Translations under genes and position numbers: made by a program
Notes under the pieces: model-generated
What the model saw: the letters and a program-made list of their open reading frames with translations, nothing else
What the model was told of the DNA's origin: nothing
The model's database searches: none
Shown: piece after piece, positions 1-12,326 of the stretch
Numbering within the stretch: position 1 is the stretch's first letter
How the letters are laid out: each line of letters starts with the position of its first letter
Assembly (NCBI RefSeq): GCF_009914755.1
Contig: NC_060926.1
Strand: one strand, 5' to 3'
Length of the DNA: 64,000 nt
Source of the DNA: the human T2T-CHM13v2.0 reference genome, Homo sapiens

Positions 1-256
1 CTCTTTCGGTGTATTTGATTCATTAACAACACCCTCACACACACAATAACACACACACAAACACACTGAGACTGACTCTTTTCAGTGACCCTGGGCAAGC
101 CACTTTGTCCCTTTGAGCCCCATTTCCACACCTGTGTATGGGGCTAACAGCAGTCAACCCGACCTCACATGGCTGTGTGACGACAGAGGCACTCACTCAC
201 ACGTGTGGACGATGGAATGTGGGGGAACCCTGGGCACTCAGGACTGGGATGGCCTC

Positions 257-277
257 AGCGCTGTCCGTGGTGATGAT
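257..277 (-). promoter_or_regulatory. REST/NRSF RE1 element in CRYBA2 intron
   Basis: ATCATCACCACGGACAGCGCT vs consensus TTCAGCACCACGGACAGCGCC, 18/21. Confidence 0.7.
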
Positions 278-476
278 TTCTGGGCTCCGGGCCTACGCCC
301 ACAATCCCAACTTTCTTGGAGACACCCTTCTGATTCTGAGAAATAATGCTACTACCACCCATCTCGGAGTTTGTTTACACACACCCCATGCAGGGCTTGA
401 ACAGCCTTTCTAGGTGCCATGGTGAGGCCAGGGCCTGGAGCTAGGAGGCAGGGGAGGAGAAGTGGGCTGTGCTCAC

Positions 477-618
477 CGCGCAGAGCACTGGCCGGAAGGA
501 CAGCAGCTGGTTGCTGTTGTGGCTGCTGCTGCCACTCCAGGCGCTCCAGCGAGGATAGTCTCCCTTCTCCAGAATGAACTGCTGTCCCTGGAAGTCGGGG
601 TACTCAAAGGCCACCCAA
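477..618 (-). CDS. CRYBA2: Beta-crystallin A2, second coding exon (gene continues beyond window start)
   Basis: TTTTCCAG acceptor at 619-620 and GTGAGC donor at 476. 142 nt encoding [47 protein letters not shown] (Greek-key motif), in phase with the upstream exon. Confidence 0.97.
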
Positions 619-1390
619 CTGGAAAAGGAGAAGAGCTGGGAGGTATCTGCCCCAGCCGCACCCTCTCTGCCCTCCCCCTTGCCGGCCATGATTGAAAAGA
701 CTGAGAAGCACAATGTTTTTCTCCAACCCCAAACCCTTCCCCTGACACCCCCATTGTATGGCAATCCAGCCCCTCTCGGAACTAAAGGTCCAAAACCTGC
801 TGCTTTCTGGGGTTTGAGGCGCCCAGGCTTCCCCCTCAAGGACCCCAGGTTGGGAAAGAGTTTTCCTGGTTATGAAGATCTCCCGACCCAGTGCTCCTGC
901 CTCAAGGGTTTAGGCCTTTGCATGGGGACACATTGGAGGACCCCTCCCGAATATCACAGCAGAAACTGGGACCTCAGCTGGGGCAGGGGTAGGGGGCGGC
1001 AGGGTGGGAAAAGCTGGGCTCTGGGAGACCAGGGTGGGGCCAGGGAAAGGGATTGGGTTTCTTTTGTTAAGCCAAGTGCAGAGCCTTCTAATTTTGCACA
1101 GAGAAAAACTCTGGGAAGGGTGTAAGTACACTAGAAACCCCTTCACGGTGGGGTCCCATAGGGACCCTCAAGGGGTCGCTTCTCGCCTGTGTCTCTTTAG
1201 CTAGCACAAAAATACACAGTTTCCCATGATTTATCTTGCGATGGGTGGGGAATTTTGGGGAGGCTATGGGGTTTCCCATGTTGGCAGGTCTCTCCAGGGC
1301 TCACAGGACAGGGGGCTGAGGCTCTGAGCCTAGGCCGGTGGAACCCAGCGCCCCTCAACCCAGCCCAGCCGCGGCCAGGCAATCACTCAC

Positions 1391-1551
1391 ACGCCGTTTT
1401 CCACCTTGACCGAGCGCACCCTGGGCAGGCCTCCGCGCTCGCAGACGTTCGCACAGTCGCTTAGCAGCCGACAGCGACGGCCCTGGAAGTCCTCCTCGTC
1501 CCAGAGCGTGAGGCTGGCGGGCGCCGGGCCCGGCGCGGGGGCGCTGCTCAT
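1391..1551 (-). CDS. CRYBA2: Beta-crystallin A2, first coding exon (ATG at 1551; exon acceptor boundary at 1555)
   Basis: MSSAPAPGPAPASLTLWDEEDFQGRRCRLLSDCANVCERGGLPRVRSVKVENGV; GTGAGT donor at 1390; 161+142 nt = 101 codons. Confidence 0.97.
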
Positions 1552-1749
1552 GCCGCTGCGGACAGGAAGGGTGGCACCACGCGCTCAGCGTCTCAAGAGC
1601 CCCGTTTCGAGCCACACACAGCCTGCCCAACCTGGGTAGCGGATGAAGAACCCGGGGGCTGGACCCGGCCTAGCTCTGGACCCGGCTGCCAGGGGCTCGC
1701 AGTCTTCCCGCGCTCCCCTCCCTTCCCCACCCCAGCAGAGGGCATTCAC

Positions 1750-1795
1750 CGGGTGGGTGAGCGCGGCACGCGAGGGAAATGGACCGGCTGCGAGG
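1750..1795 (-). other. CRYBA2: Probable non-coding exon 1 of CRYBA2 (5' end approximate)
   Basis: CCG|GTGAAT donor at 1749; starts ~25-30 nt downstream of TATAAA (1821-1826). Confidence 0.6.
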
Positions 1796-1820
1796 CTGCG
1801 CGCGGCCGGGCGGGCCGAGC

Positions 1821-1886
1821 TTTATACCTGGGCCTTGTCCCCCTGTCCGCACCCTTTCCCTCGGGGGTGGGGTCGCTGAGTCAGCA
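1821..1886 (-). promoter_or_regulatory. CRYBA2 core promoter: TATA box plus T-MARE (large Maf site)
   Basis: TATAAA on minus strand at 1821-1826; TGCTGACTCAGCG at 1874-1886, a 12/13 match to T-MARE TGCTGACTCAGCA. Typical crystallin promoter layout. Confidence 0.8.
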
Positions 1887-2720
1887 GGCAGGCTGCGGTC
1901 GGCTCTGGTCTCCGCTGGGGAGCCGAGGCCTCTCCCGCAGCCGCCGCTGTGGCCCCAGCCCGCGGGAAAGACAACAGAAAGTGCTGAGGCGCGCACCCCG
2001 CGCCCGCCGCAGCCCAGGCTGACTCCGCGCTTTCTTTCTTTCCAGCCTGAGCCAGGCAGGGCACGCCAGGCCTCGGGGCAGAACGCGCCCTCCCTGTCCC
2101 GGCCCTCGGGGACGAAGGGACCTGGCCTCCCCTGGGCCTCGGGCTAAGACCGCGCTGCTGACTCGCTGAGCGGAAGTTCTTCCCAGAGTCTAATCGCCAG
2201 CCTTCCTCGGCCCTAGTCCAGGCCTCTCTTTTGGGCGATGCTAAGGCGGAGGTAGAGAGGGCTCTGCCCAAAGGATTCGCTTCATGTGCTCAGTCCTCTT
2301 TTTCCTGGGGGATCGGTCCATCGCGGCCCTTTTCCTCCCAAGCGTGCGTTCCCAGATCCTGCGCCGCGCCCCCGGGGTGTCCTCGGGCCCGGGAAGAAGA
2401 GGAGGCGGTGGTCAGGACTCGCCACGCGGCGGCGCCGGGCGCTGGAAACGACCGCCCGAGGGCCGCGCGGTTTACTCAGTGTTTAGGCATAATAGCCACC
2501 TAGGGAGTGGCTCGCCGCGGGAGGTAGGAAGAATGTTGGGCTTTAGCTCGGCTCAACCGGTGCCGCTGCGGGTCTCCCACAAAGCTCCAGGCTCTAAGGG
2601 TTCCAGCCTCGACGTCTGCCTGAGAGTTAGCAGCTGAGGATGAAGCGCTTAGTTCAGGCCGAGTTCTCTGCTCAGGCTTTCGGGTGCGTGAACTCCATCA
2701 ATTCTAACACTGACCTGCTA

Positions 2721-3224
<504 letters not shown>

Positions 3225-4559
3225 TCACCACTTGCAGTGGAATTTTCTAACCACAGCAAATGAGACACAAAGGCTTCTTGCAAAATTGTAGGTTTTCCTT
3301 AATGGTGGTGGGTGCGGGTGGGGATATTCCAGCAGAGGTGAGAGGGGCGAGTGAGAAGGGAGCTAATATTTTGTTGCTTCCATGAGTCACATGCTTCCCT
3401 TATGGGTCCTCACAACAGTCCAGCGAGTTAGGTTTGTGTGTACGGTTATGGAAGCGGAGGGTCAAAGAGGTGCAGGGCCTTGTCCAAACTCACATGGCTA
3501 GCCAGTTTCAGAGCAAGAATCGAGCTCAGACCTTTGGAAGCCAAAGCCTGTGCTCCGCCGCTGTCCATTGAAGCTCCCGTGCCAAAAAGTGCTCACAGGC
3601 CAGCTGCGGACACCCCAGCTCCCAGAAGCCTTGCCACACCAGCCTGCCTTCTAAGCCTTCTTCCCAGTGTTCCATACTCAGCCCATCTCAGAGCCTTTGC
3701 ATTTGTTGTTCCAGCTACCTGGAGTGTCTTGGTCACAAGATCGTGGCATGGCTGGCTCCTGTGTCACCTCCTCAGTGATGCTGTTCTAGGCACCCTTCCA
3801 TCCATCACATCAGCCTTTTTCTTTCTAGCATTTATCACGCTGTAAAGTTATCTTTTTCATCTTGTGTTTATGGGTGTAGCAGCATCTCCCTTACCAGAGT
3901 GTAAGCTCCATTTGAAGGGGCAGGGACTGTGTTTTGTTCTCAGTTGTTATCCTCAAACCTAGCACAGTGCTGGATGCATAGTAGGCACTCAATAAAACTT
4001 CTTGAACGAGTGAACGAACAAGGTGGTCAGGCGTGGGCCAAATGTCCACGGGAAAAGGGGTGTAGAGAAAATTCTCCAATGGAAGTTGGCGGGGGGGTCT
4101 TGGCAGCTTGCTCTCCCACCTCTGAAGTTCTGGGTTGCTGAGAGCAGGAGCTGGGGGCAGACAGAGGATCCCTTGGGCTCTCTTTTCCCTGGTGAGGAGT
4201 TACTGTTGGAGCTCGCAGTGTGTGTGAAGATGGGTGCCAACAGTACAGGGCCCTAGAACTGGGCATGGCGGTAGAGTCCGAGTGAGGAGGATATGGGTCA
4301 GAGATGGGACAACCTCAGGCAGGTTTGACTGGGGGTGAGGTCAGAACAGTGTCCTGATTCCCTACCTAGCGGGGGTTTGAACAAACACAAACCTCAAGGA
4401 GGGAATACAAACCACAGAGTGGGGCACGAGCCAGTTCTGGACCCTTGGTGTCCCAGTCTTTGCCTTCAGTGTCACCAGCCCGGGCAGGGGTGAGGGGTGA
4501 AGAATCAGATCTCGCCTTCCCTCCTTCCCCCATCTCTATCCGACAATTCTGGATTCGGC

Positions 4560-4900
4560 CACCAGAGGGCAGGAGCAGGCCGCGCTGGCCCGAAAGCTGG
4601 CGCGGAGGGCGGGGTGGAAGGGGAGGTCCAGGTCGGGAGGGGCCGCGGGCGCGGGTGGCTAGTGCGTCAGGCTGTGCGTCTGCGCTGTCCCTGACGCGGA
4701 CGCCAAGTGTTGGTCAGAGGGTGTGGGGGTGTCTGTCGGAGACTGGACACTGTGCACCGAGCGGGGCTGGGGGCTGGACGTACTCTCGAGGGTCGGGCTC
4801 CACGCGTGGGTCCCACGGCGGCATTCTGCAGGAGTGGTGCGTCGCGCCTTTTCCAGGGTTAGGGGAGGAGGAAAAGCGGGGAGGCCGTCCAGCCGAGGTC
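4560..4900. promoter_or_regulatory. Small intergenic CpG-rich patch between CRYBA2 and MIR375
   Basis: CpG-dense, with a GC box and CRE-like half sites (TGCGTCA 4663-4669, TGACGC 4692-4697). Confidence 0.5.
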
Positions 4901-7900
4901 CAGGTTAGAATTAGGAGTCCCGCTTGGAGTTGGGGAGTGGACCCCGTGTGTGAGAAGGGCCCCTACTCCTCCTCCAGTGTGAAACTCTGGTCTTGGCGGC
5001 AGCCAGCCTCTCCCCTTCTCTACCTTGTCCCTCCCCGTGGAAATGGTATGGAGGTACCCCCCCCACCCCCTCACCCATGACTTCTAGTTCTAGTAACTGC
5101 GACCAGCTCTCTCAGAAATGGGCATACCCACCACCGCCACCCATAGTCACTGGCCCAGAAGACCTCTAAACATCTCAGGGTTCCCCTAACGCCCTCAGGC
5201 CCCTCCTGACTTTAGGCCTCACAGTTATCGCCAAAGAGAAGAACCACTGAGGGGAAGGGGCTTCGAGGCAGCCCTGCCTACTGTGCCAGGAGAGGACTCT
5301 GGGATCGATAACCCCCCTTGGGTACCACGGACCCCCTACTGGTCTCCTCCTTTCCCTACCAGGCTGGTCCAGCTCTGCTCCTCTCCCCAGCTGCCATGCC
5401 GCCCACCCCCCCCACCCCTAGCAGCTGTTCCTGTTTGTTTTCCCAGATCAGTTGCGCCCAGAGCTTCCTGAAGGATGGGTGCCCAGGTGGCTTTGTTTGC
5501 CAGCTCAGCACAGTCACCCCTACCCCCTCCACATCCACAGCCTGGCCTTGGGGCATGGAGCGGGGAATTAGGTAGACAAAAACCAGAAACCCCAGTGGAC
5601 ACTTCACAGAGCCCTCAAAATCTCACAGAGATCTTATCACCCTCAGGGCCCCCACCCTGACCTCATTCAGTTCTCCATCTCACACTGGGACCTTTGAGTC
5701 CCACAAGGAAATCCTCAGGACCTCACCCCATCCCTAGCCACCATCTCCTGCCCTCTGATTTCACCGAAACCCCCATCCCATACAGACCCATAAGATCCCA
5801 CAGAGAATCCTTTGAGCCTAAGTCCCCTCCATGAGGCCCTCACATCCCACCCGGACTCCCATCCCATGTGGGGACACATAGATCCCGCAAGGAAGCCCTC
5901 AAACCCACTCCTAAGCTCCTGCCCAATCTCCGTCCTAGGCAAAGGCCCTGAGAATCCCAAAGAAGTGGCACCTCTCTCACCTAGAGCCCCACCCCAGGAA
6001 CAGCCTGACTGCTCAGTACTGCTGGGCAGCGGAGAGGGGCTGGTGGCCAATGTCCCCTCCTCGAGCGGGTCGCCTCCCAGCCCTCCCCCCTCGTTTTACT
6101 GGGAAATCATCCAGGGGTTGGGTACTGAAGATGCAAATTCAGGGAAGGGTGCCTTCCCTCACCCTGCCACCATCACCAGCCCCTCCTTTCCACCCCTGCT
6201 TCTCTGGCCCCCGCCCCCACCCCCAGTCTGGAGCCCAGAATCAGCAGATGAGCACCTTCCCTGGGGCTGTGCAGGACTGGTCTCCTGGGAGACAGAGATA
6301 ACGGGGTACAGAGACCAGCCCAGTTTGGGCCAGTTAGGAGTCCCACCCACACAGACCCATTGTTCTATCCCACTAGAAACAGAGCCCCTCTCCTCTGCCC
6401 CTCAGTGGGGTTAGAGAACTGGCCACCATCCAGGAGCTGGCAGGCAGCTTTCACCATCACTCACACACCCAGACACAAAGCCACAGGGGTGACATAGGGT
6501 GACAGGGAGAGGGCACACACAGACACGTTCAGTCAGATGGAGACAGAATCATCCACAGTTCCAGGCACATAGATGTGATCCCGCAAGCTTCGCATGTGAA
6601 TAGTCTCATTCTAGGATTCCATAGAAACCTCAATGTCATATTCATGTATGGCCAGACACTTGGTCACTCACTTATTCCTCAAAGATTTAATACGATGTAC
6701 TATGTGCCACGGACTCTACTGGGCACTGGACTCACACACGAATATGTCCCATCACTTTCACATGTGCACATACCCACTTCACAGTCACCCAGGAAGGCAT
6801 CAGCTCAGCCACCCACGCAAGGTCATACAGACACCGAAGGGTGAAGAGAGTGGGTTAAGAGGCTGTTGTGATTATTTAAATGCATGTAAAACAGAACAGG
6901 CCTGCAGTGGCCACCCAATAAATGTCCGCCGCCGCTGTTGCTGTGGTTGTGGTTATAACTGGCTCTGACACACCTGCTTCCCACCACCCCTGGCGCTCGC
7001 CTGGTTGGTGGGTGGTCAGGCTGCAAGCATGGCTCTGGGAGCTGTACCCTCCTTCTCACCCTGGTTCCTGGCAGAAGCCAGCCTAGTGCTCAGGACGGAG
7101 CGCCTTCCTGCCTCACCCTATTTGAATCACTCCTCAGTTCATGACCTCAGTTTGGGAAGGTTGGGAGGGTCAGAGAGGAGTGTGCCAATTTCCTTTGTTC
7201 TTGCTCAGGCCTCTGCTCTCTAGGAAAAAATGCTTGGGAACCGAGCCGAGGACCTGGCTTCTGGAGTTGGTGCTTGTCCTGGCGCCATTTGGGGATTTTG
7301 GTCAGTCAATCCCCTCTTAAGGCCTCTGTTTTTTACCTATAAACTAAGCTGGCTGTGGGTCCTGGAGGGGCCTCCCAGCCTTGACTCCTGTGATGCCTCT
7401 GGAAGGTTCCTTCCCCTCCCTATCCAGCGTATGCCTGCCCCACCCACCCACCCGTCTGGCCTAGCCAGAATGAGGGGGCGAGTTGCCATGGTCTCCATGG
7501 GGACTAATCTCCAAGAAGGTCAGTGAGGCTCTGGTACTGCCTTGGCCGGATGGGGATTAGCACCTGGGTGTGAGCCTCCCCCCTGCCAGCCAGTGCCTCC
7601 ACTCCCAGGTCCCTCCACTGTCACACAGACCCTGGGCGGCCTCTAAGCCCAGAAATTCCAAGGCTAGGCCAGAATAATTGGGGTGGGTGGGGGCAGGGCA
7701 GCTGCCATAGCTGTTGGCTTGTCCATCTGTGGCCAAGAGGGAAACTCAGAGAGATGGAGTCAGATCTGTGCCCCTCACTGGCCCCTGGTGTCCAGCCACG
7801 GCCTGGGCCTTGCCCCTCCCTCACATTCTGTCCTTTAATGGGAGGAGATGGGCTTCCAAGATAAGGGTATCACCCTCCCCCCACCTCCAAACCTGTCTGC

Positions 7901-8701
7901 CACCTAGAAATCACCTCTTTATCCTTTGCTGGGGCTAATTCCCACCCTAGTTTGGGGTGGGATGGGGCTGTTTTGCAGCTTCCCCCTTTCTCCATACACA
8001 CGATGCCTCCCGCCTCTGGTCCCCTGAGCCCTAGCCCCATGAATCCACATCCCCAATCTCTCTCAGCGTACATCTCTTGTTATCTTGAATTGTCTCCATG
8101 TGTCTCTCTCTGTTCCTCTTCCCTGGTTTCTCTCTGGTCATCTCTGCCTCTGGTCTCGCTCTCACAGTCTAGGGTCTGCAGCCTCTGCAGCCCCTGGGAT
8201 CTCCCCTGTGTTCTCACACCCCTCTTTCCTTCAGCCTATGCTCTTGGTCTCTTTCTCATCCTTCTCCATTTCTCTTCTGCTGTTTCTCAGCTGCTGCACT
8301 CCAACCGCTCAATCCCTTTTCCACTTCCCCCACTACCTGGTCCCTCCCCCACCCAGGGTGCTGACAGGGACGACAGGAAGCAGGCTCCAGCTTTGAGCAG
8401 GAGGGGGAGGGGGCCTGCCTCGTACAGCAGCTGCTGAGTGCCCCCCTCCCCATGCAGCCCCGCACCTGCAGGCCTGCCCGGCACTGGGAGACCCCGCCCT
8501 GTGGCAGCGGAGCAGCGGAGGAGGGACCTGGATGAGAGGCCAGATCCCTGGTAATGGCCAGCAACTGCAGTCTTAGGATGGATAGTGGGTGGGGGACTGG
8601 GGAAATTAGGCCCTGGGGTGAAGGGGCAGTAATTCTCAGTCACCAGGAAAGATCCCCGCCCACTGGGTGGCTGCCTCCTTCTCACCACCCTCCCCTCAAG
8701 G

Positions 8702-8702
<1 letters not shown>

Positions 8703-8736
<34 letters not shown>
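8703..8736 (+). repeat. (TG)17 microsatellite
   Basis: Direct reading. Confidence 0.95.
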
Positions 8737-8740
<4 letters not shown>

Positions 8741-10019
8741 GGAGGGGGTCATTCCAAGCAGAGATCTCTTTGTTGTGCAAACCCAGGATGTGGAATCCTG
8801 GCCCCTGACATGGTTGGGGAGGGAAGGGGAAGCCCTCAAAGACACAGGGAAGGTGCACCAGGACCATGCCAGGCCCCTGACAGGCAAATCTTTCAGTGCC
8901 AGGCAGAGTAAAGGGCTGGCCCAGGACAGAGCCTGGTCAGGGGGGCCAGGAGAGGGCTGCACACACCCTAGCCCAGGACCCAAGGACCTTCCCCTGCCCC
9001 TGGGGCTGCTCCACGAAGAGCCCTGCTGTAGTCCACCCTCTCCCTAAACCTGCCTGGGATCTGTCCAACGCCATCTCGCCCCTCCCCCTTCTCTCTCTGT
9101 GCCACGGACTCGGGCTCAGCAGATCCTTTGGGGCCTCTGGGTAGTTGGGTGACATAGGGGCACTAGAGCGGGTGGTGGTGGAGGGGACAATCCAGCACCT
9201 CTAGGAACATGCAGTTTGGAGGGACTTCTGACCCTGGTTCCCATCTCCCGGGGCTGCCTCTGCCTGAGCTGAGGGCCACCTACCTACCCCACCCCAGCTG
9301 ATGGAAGCGAGGATGTGGGATTCTGAGGTTTGAGGAAGGTGGTGAACCGCTGTGCCTGGGGGCTTGTCCTTTTCAGTCAGTCTGACTGTCTCAGACGTTT
9401 TTAGACTGAAAGAGGGACCAAGGGAGTGTCAGGGAGTGACATCTCAGGATGTCAGCAGCACCACAGAGATCCGAGGAGTGGATTTGAGGCTCCATGGTGG
9501 CCCTCAGCTTCCCCCGCCCAGATTTTCCACACCTCAGCCTTGGCTCCAACTCCGTGAGGGCCTGCATCTTCCCCAGCATGACCAGGAGCCCAGGAACCGG
9601 GACAGGAGGCTGGGGAGGGCCTAGCCCCTGCGGGAGGCCAGACCAACCGTTCACTGAGCAAATGGGAAAACCAAGAGGCCGGGAAATGACTTGCCCAAGG
9701 CCATAGAAGTCGCGGGGACAGAGGCGGACTAGAATCCGGGTTTCCACCTCCAGAAGGGTTTCTGTTCTGGGCCACGGCCCCCTTCGCCACCCGCTGGAGC
9801 CGGCTCAGCCCGTATTACGACGCAGAATGGAGCCTGGCAGCCCAGAAGCTGCGGGCAGGGCAAGGCAGGGCGGGTGGGGCCGGATGGGAGCCGGATCTCC
9901 CCTGGAGCGGCGCACAGCCTCTCCCACCCGTACGGTTGAGATGGCGGTGGCGGTGGCGGCGGCAGGTGCCTGCGTGGCGATCAGGCCGGCCCCCGGGCTG
10001 GTGCTGAGAGGCCGCCCCT

Positions 10020-10083
10020 GCCTCACGCGAGCCGAACGAACAAAACGCTCAGGTCCGGTTTGTGCGAGGGGCTCGTCGCGGGG
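10020..10083 (-). ncRNA. MIR375: pre-miR-375 hairpin; mature miR-375-3p at 10023-10044
   Basis: Minus strand reads CCCCGCGACGAGCCCCTCGCACAAACCGGACCTGAGCGTTTTGTTCGTTCGGCTCGCGTGAGGC, which contains UUUGUUCGUUCGGCUCGCGUGA. Confidence 0.99.
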
Positions 10084-10375
10084 CGGGAGCGGAGGGCCCG
10101 GGGCCTGGCGGTCGCCCTCGGTGATCTCCTGGTCCTGGTCTTCCGCGAGCTCAGTGCTGCACAGCGCCCCGCTAGCCTCCGCCCTCACCTGAACGCATCT
10201 GCGGCTGACACGTCGGCGGCCGCGGCGGCCACCGCAGGTGCGCACCTGGCCCGCCCCTCCTTTCCCAGCCACCCTCCGCCCGGCTTTCCTGGCCCCTCCG
10301 CCCGGCCCAGCCTAGCTTGGCTTCGTCCCCAGCCCACGCCTTGGAGCTTGTCCCGGAGCCCGGGCTCCGTGTGCT

Positions 10376-10587
10376 CTTATACTGCCTGTTCAGTCCCCGC
10401 CCCCAGACACACACACTCACACCTGTCCAGGCGCCCGTTTGCTCGGGGCAAATATTGACTCATGGAGGCGGAGCGCTCCCCCCTCCCCCGCCCGGGCTCT
10501 GAGACCGGAGCTTCTCCGAGGCCTTGGTGGCGGGGGCGGAGGGGAGGGTGCTGGGGACCCTGGGCGCCTCTGGAACAACACCAGATG
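10376..10587 (-). promoter_or_regulatory. MIR375 proximal promoter
   Basis: TATAAG (minus, 10376-10381); E-boxes CACCTG 10420-10425 and CAGATG 10582-10587; forkhead-like GCAAATATTGAC 10448-10459 overlapping AP-1 TGACTCA 10456-10462. Confidence 0.7.
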
Positions 10588-11242
10588 TCACTTTTCCACC
10601 CACCTGCCTCTGGGAGGGAGGAGCCGAGAAGCAGAGGACAGAAGCTCCCGGGCGGGGGTTAGGAGGAACCGAGAGGTGGGTATCCATCCTCGTCTGAGGA
10701 CTGATTCACAGTGGGAGTCGCTTAGCAGGGTCTGTGGCCCGAAATCCAGTGGTGACCTCGACCCGCCCCAGCCTAGTTCCTGGCCCTCCGCGGCGTGCCT
10801 CAGTTCTTCCTCCCCAGCCTCTTGGGCACTCGGAGCTCGGCAAATGCTAAGGGGCTGGCCCTGGGGGTGCTAAGCCTCCGAGCAGGCGCGGCGCGGAAAG
10901 GTGAGGGGTGGCCGCCCTGCCCAGTGGACACCTGCTTCGCTGGCCAGGCCTGGCACTCAGTTACTGTGCACCAAGGTGCGCTGGGGCAAAGGCCAGCCAG
11001 GCCCCGTCCGGAGCGCCCTCCACTGGCCAGACCCGGTCCAGCGGCCGGCAGCTAGCGGCCAGGTCTCAGTCCAGCTGCAGTGTGGGCGGAGAGGTGCATC
11101 CTCCCGGGCCCTAAGTTCCCGCCGCGCCTCTGCAGTCCGCCCGGGCTGCTCCCTGCCATCCTTCCCTCTCAGAGCTCGCGCGCGCGTTCCCCCTCGTCGG
11201 GGAAATAAAGTCAAGGTAGATACAGAAAAAAGACTAGATGCT

Positions 11243-11248
11243 TTTACT
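11243..11248 (-). terminator. Probable CFAP65 poly(A) signal, variant AGTAAA
   Basis: Only PAS-like hexamer seen on the minus strand shortly after the stop; followed by U-rich sequence. Confidence 0.6.
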
Positions 11249-11311
11249 GGCGGTGGAGAGGGGGCCAGGCGTGACCCCTAGCGGCATGTCGGAGAGGCTG
11301 GGCGCGGGCAT

Positions 11312-11396
11312 TTACGGAAGGTCGGTAGGAAGTGGCACCACCGGGTGGAGTACCTCTGCTTGCTGCGTCGGCAGCAGCGTGTCCGGGGTCAGACTC
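11312..11396 (-). CDS. CFAP65: CFAP65 exon 35 (last coding exon, TAA at 11312-11314)
   Basis: SLTPDTLLPTQQAEVLHPVVPLPTDLP*; AG acceptor 11397-11398. Confidence 0.95.
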
Positions 11397-11509
11397 CTGG
11401 AAGACAAAAAGTCCCAGGTAGGCGTGGGGGCGAGGCTTCGGGCAGAGCCTGGCTGCCCCCGTGGCCCCTCTCGCGCGGTCTGCGCGGCCGCTGGTCCCGG
11501 CGCCCTTAC

Positions 11510-11647
11510 CTGGGCACGCAGAACGGCGGCAGGGCGATGACGCGTGGCCGCGAGGTGAGTACCACCTCCCCGCGGCTCGCCTCCACCAGGATGTTCTGGA
11601 TCATGTTCTCCAGCAGCGCCTCCTGCAGGTTGGCGAAGGCCGGGAGC
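11510..11647 (-). CDS. CFAP65: CFAP65 exon 34
   Basis: [46 protein letters not shown]; 138 nt, AG/GT. Confidence 0.95.
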
Positions 11648-12326
11648 CTGCGAGGGGGCGGGGGCTAGCATGAGGGCGGCCGCAGTGCCCGCGCGCCTCC
11701 TCGCTCGCCTGTCCGTGCGGTACATTGTGCCGCGAGCTCTACGGAGATTCCCATTCGACTCCCCTCATCCACTACACTATGGGGCATTCTTGTTTCAATG
11801 TTACGGACGTTCCAAGTGTGGCTAAAAGATTCCAAGTTGCCAAATATGCTGCTGGTTTAAGGGGTGGGATTCAAACCCAGGCGATGTAGTAGGCATCTCA
11901 GGGCCAAGTTTAGAGAAAGGTAGGGAAGTGATGAGAGGGCGCAGAAGGGACTGGGTGGGGCCTAGGGAATCCCTACAATGACATAAATCATCTGTAGGGC
12001 AGCCCCGGCGGGAAGTCCCACCTGCAAGACAGGTGGTCCTTTTCTGGCTCTAGAAGCCCATTTACAAGACTTTGCAGACTATAACAATTCTCCTGGTAAG
12101 TTGGTAAATGTCAACAACTAGTTCTTAGAGAAAAAAGAATAAAGTTCAGTGTTGGTGCCGGGCGGATACTCCCACAGAGGCCTTAAGCTACCAACATGAC
12201 CTCACTAAGCACTGAATTAGGATGAGATGTGCATACAGGCAGCAGCCATCCTTGGCATCCCACTGCCTCCTAGGAACCTTCTGCACTTCGCCTCCCTCCC
12301 GTCCTCACTGGGGCCTGGCTGCTCAC

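Larger units (their letters stand above)
1330..2620. promoter_or_regulatory. CpG island over CRYBA2 5' end
   Basis: Visibly GC- and CpG-dense; boundaries approximate. Confidence 0.8.
9780..11730. promoter_or_regulatory. CpG island covering MIR375, its promoter and the last two CFAP65 exons
   Basis: High CpG density; boundaries approximate. Confidence 0.8.

Noticed and set aside
4445-6414. 211-aa and 200-aa Pro/Gly-rich ORFs between CRYBA2 and MIR375
   Set aside because: Non-ATG starts, low-complexity GC-rich sequence, no splice or homology support I can see.
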